Shown here in pieces: positions 21,832 through 31,258 of a DNA stretch of 64,000 bases (position 1 is the stretch's first letter; the number at the start of each line of letters is the position of its first letter). The translations under genes and the position numbers were made by a program. The notes beneath the pieces were generated by a model. The model saw nothing but the letters and a program-made list of their open reading frames with translations, had not been told where the DNA came from and did no database searches. The DNA is taken from contig JBHELK010000075.1 in the NCBI GenBank assembly GCA_046263085.1, positions 5,126 to 69,125 of the forward strand. The letters run 5' to 3'. This DNA comes from Actinomycetota bacterium (lineage in GTDB: Bacteria > Actinomycetota > UBA4738 > JACQTL01).

Positions 21832-21890
21832 CCCGGACCGGGACAACCTCGTCGCATACCCGAGTTTCGAGGCTCGGGGTCTGGCTCGTC

Positions 21891-22508
21891 CTAACGCTTC
21901 CCGGCCAACATGTGTGACTGCAGGAGCCGTTGTGTGATGCGCGACGCCACTGATGAGGACGACGAGAAGCAGAGGCCGTACACGTACCACTGCGCCGCCG
22001 CACCGCTCACGGTCACGCTGAGTGGCGATCCCGAGAAGACCCCTCCGTCCATGGTGTCGTTCAGGTGCCCGCCCGAGGGAACCGTGCCCTGCCAGATGGG
22101 ATCGCCTCCGGCACCGTCACTGTTCGTGTCCCCCGCGATGGAGACGGTCGAGTTGGCCGAGGCGGTGTTGTCGACCACCACCCCCGAGACGATGCTCGAG
22201 TTCGCGCATGCCGACCCGTTGCTGCTCGTTCCCTGTGCGATGAGGAAGTTTCCGCCGGCCTGTTGGAACACGTAGCCCAGATCCACGGAGGTCAGGATCG
22301 TCTTGCCGCTGAAGAGGATGCCGGCAGGCTCGGTATCGGCCTCGGTATCCACCGCGGCTCTGCCTCCGGACACCTTCAGCTGGCTCGAGCTCTTGCCCGA
22401 TGCGATCCGGATCGCGCTGGTCCCGGCCTGGACGATGGGGGGACCCAAGACGTAGCCGGCAACGCCCATCGCGAGCGCGAGGGCGATGATGGCGCTCATT
22501 CGTTTCAT
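21891..22508 (-). CDS. Secreted Ser/Gly-rich hypothetical protein
   Basis: GGAGGAG SD before ATG at 22508; signal peptide MKRMSAIIALALAMGVAG...VQA; beta-rich mature part with two Cys. Confidence 0.75.
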   Translation of the reverse strand: MKRMSAIIALALAMGVAGYVLGPPIVQAGTSAIRIASGKSSSQLKVSGGRAAVDTEADTEPAGILFSGKTILTSVDLGYVFQQAGGNFLIAQGTSSNGSACANSSIVSGVVVDNTASANSTVSIAGDTNSDGAGGDPIWQGTVPSGGHLNDTMDGGVFSGSPLSVTVSGAAAQWYVYGLCFSSSSSVASRITQRLLQSHMLAGKR

Positions 22509-22735
22509 TGCATCTCCTCCTTCGGGTCCATGCGGACCCATCATCGACGTGGGAGCCGACGAAACAGCAAACGAGGGGCATCGGTCAAGGAGCCCGCCCT
22601 CGGGCCACGGGCCGGGTCTTTACGGTTTTCGTCCGTCATTCGTACAATGCATCGACCCACACCCGGGTCAGGGGGTCGACCATTCGAGGAACCGCCTCAG
22701 AGCGCCAGGACGCCGCGACGGCGTCTGCGAGAGAA

Positions 22736-23449
22736 GTGGTCGAGGATGTCATTGCCGGGCAGGAAGCGAGCCGCCGGCGCGATGACGATGCGAAGGACCG
22801 CTTCGGGAGCGTCATTGCCCACCTGATCGTCGTCGCGTCGATCGCGAGCGCCGTCGTTTCGTGGCAGGCCTCCGTGTTCTCGAACAGCGCCTCGGATCTC
22901 GACCAGGCAGCCAGCCAGCAACTCGTGCAGCGCGAGCAGCTCCTCGCGTGGCACCGGGGCGATGTCAACGAGGACCTTCGTCTCGTGTCGACGTTCCAGG
23001 AGCACGTGCGAAACTGGCGAGTCCTGCAGGCGCAGAGCCGACGCATCTCGGATCCCGCGCAATCCGCGAGGTTGCGGCGCCAGGCCGACACCGAGCTGGC
23101 GACGGCTCGTTCCCTTCAACGATTCTTCGTGGTCAACGGTGTCGGGCTGAACCAGAGCCGGTCGGGTGACGTTGCCTACTCGCCCCGCCAGGCGATGCAG
23201 CGCGTCATATCCCAGGATCTGGTGCTGCAGGCCCTCACGCCGCAGGCCACCGATGTGGAGGCCGGACGGGCACACGCGGACACGGTGCGTCTGGAAGGGA
23301 TCGCCGCGATCGAGGTCCTGTCCCTGTTCTTCCTGACGATCGCCCAGATCGGACGGCGCCGGATCCGCGACGTGTTCTCGGTGGTCGGGTCGGTCGTGCT
23401 CCTGGCCGGCGTGGGGCTGTTCGCGGCGGTCGAGATGAGCGCTCGATGA
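22736..23449 (+). CDS. Membrane protein (1 TM, long helical loop, 2 TM; DUF4337-like topology)
   Basis: Hydrophobic segments VIAHLIVVASIASAVVSW and two C-terminal helices; ATGA overlap with the next gene; start uncertain. Confidence 0.7.
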   Translation: MVEDVIAGQEASRRRDDDAKDRFGSVIAHLIVVASIASAVVSWQASVFSNSASDLDQAASQQLVQREQLLAWHRGDVNEDLRLVSTFQEHVRNWRVLQAQSRRISDPAQSARLRRQADTELATARSLQRFFVVNGVGLNQSRSGDVAYSPRQAMQRVISQDLVLQALTPQATDVEAGRAHADTVRLEGIAAIEVLSLFFLTIAQIGRRRIRDVFSVVGSVVLLAGVGLFAAVEMSAR

Positions 23450-25641
23450 GCGATCGGGACGGAACCACGGCTGAGACCGGCAACGACGGCGCGTCCCTCC
23501 AGTTCGACACCGCCTCCGAGGAGCTGTGGGGCAAGACGATCACCGCCCTGATCGTGGCGGCGACGCTCCTCGCCGCCTTCGTGGGCTACCTTCTGACGGC
23601 AGCCTCGCGTGAGGGGACCGCGGTGAGCTTGAAGGCCGAGCGCCTCGCGAGCCGCTCGATGAGCACACTCCTCGACTCGCAATCGACCGCGCAGGTCTCC
23701 TACGAGGCATTCGTGAAAACGGAGGAGCAACGGCAGCATGCGGCCAATGCCCTCCAGTCGTGGTTGCTCTCCAAGGGCCGAGCACGCCGCAACGATCGAC
23801 TGGTGTGGAGCCGGTGGACCCAGCTCGCCTCGAGCACCCAGCGCCGGTCGAGCATCGACGAGCGAGGGCCCGACGGCCCTGAGAACGACAAACTCTTCCC
23901 GCAGCGATTCTTCAATCGCGCGACGTTCCCTGCCCTTCGCATGGGTGCCGAGCAGGACGCGGCCAACGAAGCGAACAACAACTGGGAGCGGCACACCGCT
24001 CCGTACACAGCCATCCTGGCGCTCCTGGCGATCTCCCTCTACATGCTGGGCTTCGCCCTCGCGATGTCGGCGGCGGTCAAGCGGCTGTTCATGACCACCG
24101 GCATCTGCCTACTGGCCCTCGGGTCGGTCTGGGCAGCGATCGTGTGGGCGTCGCCGGTGCGTGCGGCGCCGGACAGCTCCGCACGGGAGTTCGCGGCGGG
24201 GCTCGTCGCCAGCAAGACAGCCACGGACCGGGCGGGGTTCCAGGCCGCCGTCCGGGACTTCGATCGCGCGATCGAGTTGCGCCCCACGTTCGCCCGGGCC
24301 TATGTCGAACGCGCCTTCGCCCGGTTCCTGGTGGGTTCCCCGCAGAAGTCCGCGTACCGAAGCCTCACGACGCGGCACGCGCTCGAGGGCGCCATCGACG
24401 ACTTCGAGACCGCCGTGGACCTCGGCGCCAACGACTTCCGGGTCCTGTGGAACCTGGGCTTCGACCAGTACCTCCTCGGCCTGCAGGAGAGTCGGCCCGA
24501 TCTCATCGAGGAGGCCATCGCGACCACGCAGCTCGCCATCGAGAAGGCGCCGTACGAGCCGAACCTTCGATTCAACCTGGGGGTTGCCCTCCTCGCTCAC
24601 GGCCAGCCCGCCGCGGCCCGCTCCGCCTATCGCGCCGGGGTGTTCCGGACCGTGTACACCGATGTGGCGAAGCGAGTGCCTCGGAACGACCGGCAGGACG
24701 AGGAGGACATCGTCGCCGGAGCCTTGACGGACCTTCAATTCCTCGTCGACAACCGCCCCGACCTCGCCCCGGAGGTTCGAAGCCTGAAGGGGTACGTGGT
24801 GGGCTCTGTGGCCGGAGGGGCCGCGATGTCGGGGCCGATCCCGACCCTCGAGGGAAGGGTCCACCTGTACCCGAGCGGCATGTGGATCACCTCGCCGTCC
24901 TTCCTGGACGGGATCTCGAGCGGGGTCGCGGTCTCCGTCCAGTGGTACTACCGCGATCCGCAGAAGCTGGGGTGGTCGATCCTCCCATCCGTGTCGTCCC
25001 TCGGTCCTCGCCGCGGCGGCGACGACGGCGCCATCGGTGACTTCAGCTCCCTCCTCGCGTCCGCCGGGGACTGCCTGAACCACGGCAGCACGTATCGCGC
25101 CGAGGTGTATGTCGGCGGGCAGCTCGTCACGCCCTCGCTCGAGCAGGTCTGGCACGGTCCCGACTCGGTCCCGCTGATCTCGCCCGTCGTGAACACCGCG
25201 CTCTGCTTCTCGAACGGATGGACACGACCCCGATCGATCGAGCCGGTGCGGGGCGCCGTCGACGGCTTCACGGACGCGGAGGCCCACCGCGGCGTGTACG
25301 TGATCCGCGCCAACCTTCCGATTTCGGAGATGAGGGCACATGGCTGGCGGAGGACCGCCCGGATGGCCGAGCTCGCCCTGCGTCGGCTGCGGCCCTACAT
25401 CCACGTCGGCGCGCCACTCGCTGCGCCCGTCGCCGCCGGCAATTTCATCGCCGATGTCGCCGCCGGCACCTCGAGGTATTTCGCGTACGGGCACGGGCTC
25501 GCGTACGTCGATGCCGGGACCACGCGGGACGATGGTCTCGAGATGATCGTGGTCGTGGGCCCGCGCTCCGACTTCCCGTCGGGCGCGAGCCGGATCCTCG
25601 AATCCGCACAGATCTACGAACGCACGGGTCTCGCGAGGTGA
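23446..25641 (+). CDS. Membrane protein with TPR repeats and uncharacterised C-terminal domains
   Basis: Three TM segments, then TPR-like AVRDFDRAIELRPTFARAYVERAFAR and LRFNLGVALLAHGQPAAARSAY. Confidence 0.8.
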   Translation: MSDRDGTTAETGNDGASLQFDTASEELWGKTITALIVAATLLAAFVGYLLTAASREGTAVSLKAERLASRSMSTLLDSQSTAQVSYEAFVKTEEQRQHAANALQSWLLSKGRARRNDRLVWSRWTQLASSTQRRSSIDERGPDGPENDKLFPQRFFNRATFPALRMGAEQDAANEANNNWERHTAPYTAILALLAISLYMLGFALAMSAAVKRLFMTTGICLLALGSVWAAIVWASPVRAAPDSSAREFAAGLVASKTATDRAGFQAAVRDFDRAIELRPTFARAYVERAFARFLVGSPQKSAYRSLTTRHALEGAIDDFETAVDLGANDFRVLWNLGFDQYLLGLQESRPDLIEEAIATTQLAIEKAPYEPNLRFNLGVALLAHGQPAAARSAYRAGVFRTVYTDVAKRVPRNDRQDEEDIVAGALTDLQFLVDNRPDLAPEVRSLKGYVVGSVAGGAAMSGPIPTLEGRVHLYPSGMWITSPSFLDGISSGVAVSVQWYYRDPQKLGWSILPSVSSLGPRRGGDDGAIGDFSSLLASAGDCLNHGSTYRAEVYVGGQLVTPSLEQVWHGPDSVPLISPVVNTALCFSNGWTRPRSIEPVRGAVDGFTDAEAHRGVYVIRANLPISEMRAHGWRRTARMAELALRRLRPYIHVGAPLAAPVAAGNFIADVAAGTSRYFAYGHGLAYVDAGTTRDDGLEMIVVVGPRSDFPSGASRILESAQIYERTGLAR

Positions 25642-25683
25642 GCGCGGGTCACCGGCGACGTCTCTTGAACCACCGCTGTGCTG

Positions 25684-25923
25684 CTAGTGGGGCGGCGGCG
25701 GCGCTCCCACCTTGGGCTTGTTGATGGGGCGGTGCGCGTGGTTCGGCGAGCCCTTCTTGTAGTTGCTCGAGGAGACGGGGGTCGGGCCGGTTGGACCCTC
25801 GTGCAGGCGATGCGCGGCGTGCGCATCACTCGCCCGAACGGCTGCAGTTGCTTGCTCCGCCGTGCCCATGATCCCGAGAACGGCCCCCAGGAGCAGGACG
25901 ACGATCGTCTTCCGGCGACGCAT
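25684..25923 (-). CDS. Small secreted hypothetical protein (79 aa), possibly a remnant
   Basis: MRRRKTIVVLLLGAVLGIMGTAEQATA signal peptide followed by a short His/Pro/Lys-rich tail. Confidence 0.5.
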   Translation of the reverse strand: MRRRKTIVVLLLGAVLGIMGTAEQATAAVRASDAHAAHRLHEGPTGPTPVSSSNYKKGSPNHAHRPINKPKVGAPPPPH

Positions 25924-26050
25924 GAGTCTCAAGTGAAGCCCCCCTGACTCGCCCGCCCGGCCGACACCCCGGCGGAACGTGGCCACAGAATCCGGCAGGA
26001 ACAGCTGTCTGTCAAGAGCCGTATTTCGCAATCGTCCCTCAGCCACCGCA

Positions 26051-26080
26051 TTGACGGCCTTTTTCCTGGGCCTCTAAGAT
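26051..26080 (+). promoter_or_regulatory. Sigma70/SigA-type promoter of rpsA (TTGACG-N18-TAAGAT)
   Basis: TTGACG at 26051-26056 and TAAGAT at 26075-26080, upstream of a ~100-130 nt leader. Confidence 0.7.
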
Positions 26081-26214
26081 GACCGCCGGCCGCGTGGCCG
26101 GCTTCTGCTTCACGTCTCCCTTCTGGACGCGCGGGGCCGTGTTCTCGGCCGAGCGACACCTTGACGGATAGGAGCTGATCGACCATCGACGAGCGGGATA
26201 CCGCCACCCAGGCG

Positions 26215-27612
26215 GTGCAGGACGATTACACGCCCGAGGAGCTGGCTCGGGCCATCGAGGAGAGCCTCACCGACTTCAAGGAGGGCGACATCCTCGAGGG
26301 CCAGATCGTGAAGGTGGACCGCGACGAGGTCCTGGTCGACATCGGCTACAAGTCCGAGGGCGTCATCCCCTCGAAGGAGCTCTCGATCCGCCAGGACGTC
26401 GACCCCTCCCAGGTGGTCGAGATCGGCGAGCAGATCGAGGCCCTGGTCCTGCAGAAGGAGGACAAGGAGGGCCGCCTCATCCTCTCCAAGAAGCGCGCGC
26501 AGTACGAGCGGGCGTGGGGACGGATCGAGGAGATCATGCACGGCGGCGGCACCATCACCGGGCCGGTCATCGAAGTGGTCAAGGGTGGGCTCATCCTCGA
26601 CATCGGGCTGCGGGGGTTCCTGCCCGCCTCGCTGGTCGACCTGCGCCGCGTGCGCGACCTGCATCCATTCGTTGGTCAGGAGCTCGAGTGCAAGATCATC
26701 GAGCTCGACCGCAACCGGAACAACGTGGTGCTCTCCCGCCGGGCGTTCCTCGAGGAGTCGCAGAGCGAGGGGCGCAAGAAGTTCCTGGAGTCGCTGCAGA
26801 AGGGGGAGCGCCGAAAGGGCGTGGTGTCCTCCATCGTCAACTTCGGGGCCTTCGTGGACCTCGGCGGCGTCGACGGGCTCGTGCACGTGTCCGAGCTGTC
26901 GTGGAAGCACGTCGATCATCCCTCCGAGGTCGTGGCGGTCGGCGAGGAGGTCGAGGTCGAGGTGCTCGACGTCGACCTCGAGCGGGAGCGGGTGTCGCTG
27001 TCGCTGAAGGCCACGCAGGAGGATCCCTGGAAGGAGTTCGAGCGCAAGTACCGGGCCGGCGAGATCATCACGGGCCAGGTCACCAAGATCGTGCCGTTCG
27101 GCGCCTTCGTCCGCGTGGCGCAGGGCATCGAGGGGCTCGTCCACATCTCCGAGCTCTCGAACACCCACGTCGAGTCGCCGGAGTCCGTGGTGAACGTGGG
27201 CGACGGGGTCCAGGTGAAGGTCATCGACGTCGACGTGCCGCGGCGGCGCATCTCGCTGTCGATGCGGCAGGTCGCCGAGGGCGAGGTCCCGCTTCCGGAG
27301 CCGGAGATCGAGGCGGAGGCCACGGAGGACCTGGTCCACGAGGTCACGCCGGAGGTCAGCGCGGAGACCGAGAAGGTGCTCGCCGACGCCGCAGAGCGCG
27401 CCGACGAGAGCACCCCCGAGCTCCTGGAGGCCATCGTCGAGCCAGAGGCCATCGCCCCCGAAGAGGCCGCGATGCACGAGGTTGCGGAGCCCGAGCCCGC
27501 GACGGAGGCCGTCGCCGACGCCACGCGCGCGGAGGAGGCCGAGGAAGAGGAGGACGTCTCGCTCGAGTCGATCCTCGAGGACCTCAAACGCCGCGAAGGC
27601 CGCAGCGAGTAG
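26215..27612 (+). CDS. rpsA: 30S ribosomal protein S1 with acidic C-terminal tail
   Basis: Four S1 domains (VDIGYKSEGVIP, GLRGFLPASLV, FGAFVDLGGVDGLVHVSELSW, FGAFVRV..GIEGLVHISEL); start may lie ~10 codons upstream. Confidence 0.97.
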   Translation: MQDDYTPEELARAIEESLTDFKEGDILEGQIVKVDRDEVLVDIGYKSEGVIPSKELSIRQDVDPSQVVEIGEQIEALVLQKEDKEGRLILSKKRAQYERAWGRIEEIMHGGGTITGPVIEVVKGGLILDIGLRGFLPASLVDLRRVRDLHPFVGQELECKIIELDRNRNNVVLSRRAFLEESQSEGRKKFLESLQKGERRKGVVSSIVNFGAFVDLGGVDGLVHVSELSWKHVDHPSEVVAVGEEVEVEVLDVDLERERVSLSLKATQEDPWKEFERKYRAGEIITGQVTKIVPFGAFVRVAQGIEGLVHISELSNTHVESPESVVNVGDGVQVKVIDVDVPRRRISLSMRQVAEGEVPLPEPEIEAEATEDLVHEVTPEVSAETEKVLADAAERADESTPELLEAIVEPEAIAPEEAAMHEVAEPEPATEAVADATRAEEAEEEEDVSLESILEDLKRREGRSE

Positions 27613-27613
27613 C

Positions 27614-28210
27614 GTGCTCCTCGTCGGGCTCACCGGCGGGATCGGTTCGGGGAAATCCACCGTCTCTCGCATGCTCGCCGAACGAGGGGCGGTCATCGTC
27701 GACGCAGACGACCTGGCGCGCCGGGCCGTCGAGCCGGGCACACCGGGGCTCGCCAAGGTGGCCGAGACGTTCGGAGCGGAGCTCCTGCGGACCGACGGCT
27801 CCCTCGACCGGGAGGCGCTCGCGGCGCGGGTGTTCGCCGACCCGGAGGCCAGGAAGACTCTCGAGTCGATCACCCATCCTGAGGTGTTCCGCTTGTATCA
27901 CGAGGAGCTCGACCGCTACCGCGACACCGATCGCATCCTGATCTTCGATGCCCCGCTCATCGTCGAGACCGGCGCCCACGAGGGCTTCGACGTGTTGATC
28001 GTCGTCTCGGCATCCGAGGATGAGCAGGTCAGGAGGCTCGTGGCCGACCGCGGCATGAGCGAGGCGGATGCACGGGCCAGGATCCGGGCGCAGCTCCCGC
28101 TCGAGGAGAAGGAGCGGGTGGCCACCCACGTGATCCGCAACGACGGCGGCATCGAGGACCTCGAACCGCAGGTCCAGGAGCTCTGGCGAGACTTGACCGC
28201 TACGAGGTGA
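27614..28210 (+). CDS. coaE: Dephospho-CoA kinase
   Basis: VGLTGGIGSGKSTV, VDAD, LDREAL, ITHP and RIRAQ; follows rpsA. Confidence 0.96.
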   Translation: MLLVGLTGGIGSGKSTVSRMLAERGAVIVDADDLARRAVEPGTPGLAKVAETFGAELLRTDGSLDREALAARVFADPEARKTLESITHPEVFRLYHEELDRYRDTDRILIFDAPLIVETGAHEGFDVLIVVSASEDEQVRRLVADRGMSEADARARIRAQLPLEEKERVATHVIRNDGGIEDLEPQVQELWRDLTATR

Positions 28211-31154
28211 CCGTCGATGACGGCTCGGCGTTGGTCTCGCCGTGGTTGTCGACGACGTTGTGCGGGGCCACGAAGGCCGAGTCGCCCGGACGCAGGACCA
28301 CCTGCGTGTGGTACCGGCCGTCGGCTCCCAGCGTCGCCGGCGCGAGCCTGACGCCGCCGCCTGCCTGGCGGATCGTGACGAGCGCAAGCGCGACCCGCCC
28401 GGTGTCGGCCCACGGCCGAAACGAGCAGGGGAAGCAGTACCACTCGAACCGGTTGGGGTCGTCGGGCGCCGCGGGGTCCCGCATGAAGGTCCGGTCGTTC
28501 CGCAGGAACGGCAGGTCGACACCGTCCGGCACCGAGTAGGTGTCGGGATAGTCGATGGGCCCAACCGTCGCCGTCAGGGTTCCCTTGCCGTCGGCGGTGG
28601 AGACGTCGAAGCTCGAGGTCGGACCCACCGCGAAGCTGACCGTGCCGTTGGGCTCGACCCGGATGTCCGGCACCGTGATGCCGTCCCACCGGTCGACGGT
28701 GAACGGCTGCGACTCGAGGTGATACGGGGTCACGTCCCCGGACTTCCGCTGCATGCCGTCCACCACGAACCGGTAGACGCCCGCGGGGGTGACGCCGGGC
28801 CGCGCGCCGAGGTTGGACACGTCGGAGTCGAAGGCCTCGAAGTCGGCCGACCACTCCCACGTTCGCTGACCGGCAGCCCACGAGGCCACGGATGCGGGGT
28901 CGTCGCGCTGCGGGAACCGGAGGGACACGACGATCTCGCCGGACATGTCCGCGTACGTCTGCCAGGTCTTGTCGCGCAGTCTCTCGACCCGCACCTTGGG
29001 GTCGTCCGTGTAGTTGTCGCCGCCGATCCACGAGAGGAACGCTGCCGAGAACCGCCTGATGTCCTTCGGCTGGCGCGTCACGGAGGCCGTCCCGGCGTCG
29101 TCGGGCAGCACGGCCTCGTAGGCCGGCACCGCGACGCGCGCCAGCTCGCCGATGGCCTCGGCGCGGGCGTCCGCGGAAGCCTGGTCCGGCGGCATCTTCA
29201 GCGCCAGGAGCTCGTCGGAGTCGTCCCCGATCCTGTAGCTCGGGTCCTTGAGGTTGCCGCCCATCTGCATCAGGCGGGTGGCCATGTAGTCGGAGGAGTG
29301 CGCCCCCCACCCGGTGAGGGCCTTGCGGTAGTGGTCGCCGCGCTGGTACTCGCGGTACGTCGCGATGTAGCCGTTGTAGTCGTTGGCCATGCCGATGGTC
29401 ATCGTCATGCCGTAGCCGAGCGACGGGGGGAGCTCGGTGTGCGTGTAGTTGCCCTTGATGTCGTCGGGGTTCACGGGCTCGGACTCTGCCCAGTGGACAT
29501 ACGCTGGGTCGTTCCACCCCGCGGCGTCGTTCTCGACCTGCGCCTTCATCCGGCGGAACCTCAGATCGCTGATCGGGGGAAGCGTCTTCGACGTGTTGCG
29601 GGGATCGGGACACGTCCACGTCGTGTTCTCGTTCTTCGTGCACTGCAGCGACCAGTCGTAGCCGACCCACTCGTTCCCCTGGATCGTGTCGGTCCGGGTC
29701 TTGACGTTGCGGGTCTGGTCCGACCACTGCTCGCACGAGCACACCGTCACCAGCAGATCGCCGAGGCGGATGGCCTGCAGGTGGACGCCGAGGGTCTCCT
29801 GCAGGCTGCCGAAGGACGGGGCGCCGTAGTTCTCGGGGATCGGCACGCCCGCCCCCTCGAGCGTGTCGGTGCTCACGCCGGGATCCTGTGGCCAGGACGT
29901 GCCGGGTCCGGTGCAGTCGGGGAGGCCGATGACCGGGGCCTGCGGATCCCCGGCGAAGACCCGGTCGGTGCGGCAGTTCGAGACGCTCGGGTAGGGATGC
30001 GACAGCGGGCCCGGGAAGAACCGGTTGACCATGGCGACCGGGAACCCCGTGCGGTAGGGAAGGACCCGCACCCCGGCCGGCGGCGGGGCCTTGGTCCCGG
30101 CAGCGAACCAGGCGCCCTCGATGACGTCGGCCATCATCCTGGCCCCCCGCTCGGCCTGTGCGTACTCGCGGTGGGAGAACTCCAGGCGTTCGTGCATCGA
30201 GTGGAACGCGCTGCGCTCGGGCTCCGCGGTGCCGGTCGAGCCCTGGCTCCAGATGAGGGTGGCGCCCGTCTCGCGGTCGATCATCCGCTGGAGCGGCCCG
30301 ACGTAGTCGGCGGTGAGCAGGTCGTTGCCGTTCAGGAACTCGGGGTGCTGGCCGAAGTTCGCCAGGATCGCGAGGGGCTTCGGGCGCTGGGGGTCGGAGA
30401 TGTCGTCGAAGCGCGCGATCATCATGTCGTGGTCGTTGTCCGACCACGGGTAGCCGGACGGCGTGCCGTCGTCGGCGACGCCCGGGCCCATCGAGTTGCG
30501 CTGCGTCTTGTCGAAGTATGAAACCGCCGCGCCCATGCGCACCGGGACGAGGTGCTGCGCAGCGATCTCGATCGCCTTCGCCATGCGCTCCGCGTAGTAC
30601 TCGAAGAACCGGAGATCGAAGGAGTCCTGGAACGCCCACGGCCCCCAGGTGGAGGACGAGTAGTAGGGCGACGAGTGGTCGTGACTGGACATGACCGTCA
30701 GGTGGTCGCGATCGATGCCGGAGGCGCCGTCCTCCTCCAGGATCTGTGCGGTCCGGCGCCACAACACATCCTGCGGGATGTACAGGTCGTTCTTCACGAG
30801 CGCCACCCGCGTGCCGTCCGGCCCCTCGATCACGAGGGCCCGAGCCTCGAGCCGCGACTGGATGCCGTAGGAGGCGGCCCGTCTGCCGTGGAGGAGGTAG
30901 GGGTCGACGCCGTGGCTGGCCGGGTCGAAGAACTCGCTGCAGTCACCGCCGCAGGCGTCGACGGTCGAGCCTGCGTACTGGCCGGCGGAGGCGCCCACGT
31001 GCCAGGTCACGTCCACCACGCCCACGCCGGCCCTGGTCACCGTGCTCGCAGAGGCGGCGGGGCCAGACGCGGCCAGCAGGCCGAGGACCAGGGTGAGCCC
31101 CAGGGTGAGCCCCAGGGTCCCGGCGATCGCTCGACGTGAGATGGCGTTCCGCAT
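28200..31154 (-). CDS. Large secreted neutral/alkaline ceramidase-family (N-acyl amidohydrolase-like) protein
   Basis: Signal peptide MRNAISRRAIAG... (possible Tat); RLEARAL, SSHDHSSP, NFGQHPE and GMANDYNGY resemble neutral ceramidase motifs. Confidence 0.7.
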   Translation of the reverse strand: MRNAISRRAIAGTLGLTLGLTLVLGLLAASGPAASASTVTRAGVGVVDVTWHVGASAGQYAGSTVDACGGDCSEFFDPASHGVDPYLLHGRRAASYGIQSRLEARALVIEGPDGTRVALVKNDLYIPQDVLWRRTAQILEEDGASGIDRDHLTVMSSHDHSSPYYSSSTWGPWAFQDSFDLRFFEYYAERMAKAIEIAAQHLVPVRMGAAVSYFDKTQRNSMGPGVADDGTPSGYPWSDNDHDMMIARFDDISDPQRPKPLAILANFGQHPEFLNGNDLLTADYVGPLQRMIDRETGATLIWSQGSTGTAEPERSAFHSMHERLEFSHREYAQAERGARMMADVIEGAWFAAGTKAPPPAGVRVLPYRTGFPVAMVNRFFPGPLSHPYPSVSNCRTDRVFAGDPQAPVIGLPDCTGPGTSWPQDPGVSTDTLEGAGVPIPENYGAPSFGSLQETLGVHLQAIRLGDLLVTVCSCEQWSDQTRNVKTRTDTIQGNEWVGYDWSLQCTKNENTTWTCPDPRNTSKTLPPISDLRFRRMKAQVENDAAGWNDPAYVHWAESEPVNPDDIKGNYTHTELPPSLGYGMTMTIGMANDYNGYIATYREYQRGDHYRKALTGWGAHSSDYMATRLMQMGGNLKDPSYRIGDDSDELLALKMPPDQASADARAEAIGELARVAVPAYEAVLPDDAGTASVTRQPKDIRRFSAAFLSWIGGDNYTDDPKVRVERLRDKTWQTYADMSGEIVVSLRFPQRDDPASVASWAAGQRTWEWSADFEAFDSDVSNLGARPGVTPAGVYRFVVDGMQRKSGDVTPYHLESQPFTVDRWDGITVPDIRVEPNGTVSFAVGPTSSFDVSTADGKGTLTATVGPIDYPDTYSVPDGVDLPFLRNDRTFMRDPAAPDDPNRFEWYCFPCSFRPWADTGRVALALVTIRQAGGGVRLAPATLGADGRYHTQVVLRPGDSAFVAPHNVVDNHGETNAEPSSTVTS

Positions 31155-31258
31155 GGGTTGAAAGAGTTCGCGTTCCCGGCCGGGAGGTCCTGCAAACGAG
31201 GCAGCATCCCTCCGCTCCTGAACGGAAGCCGGGCCGGCGGCCGATATCATCCGGGCTC

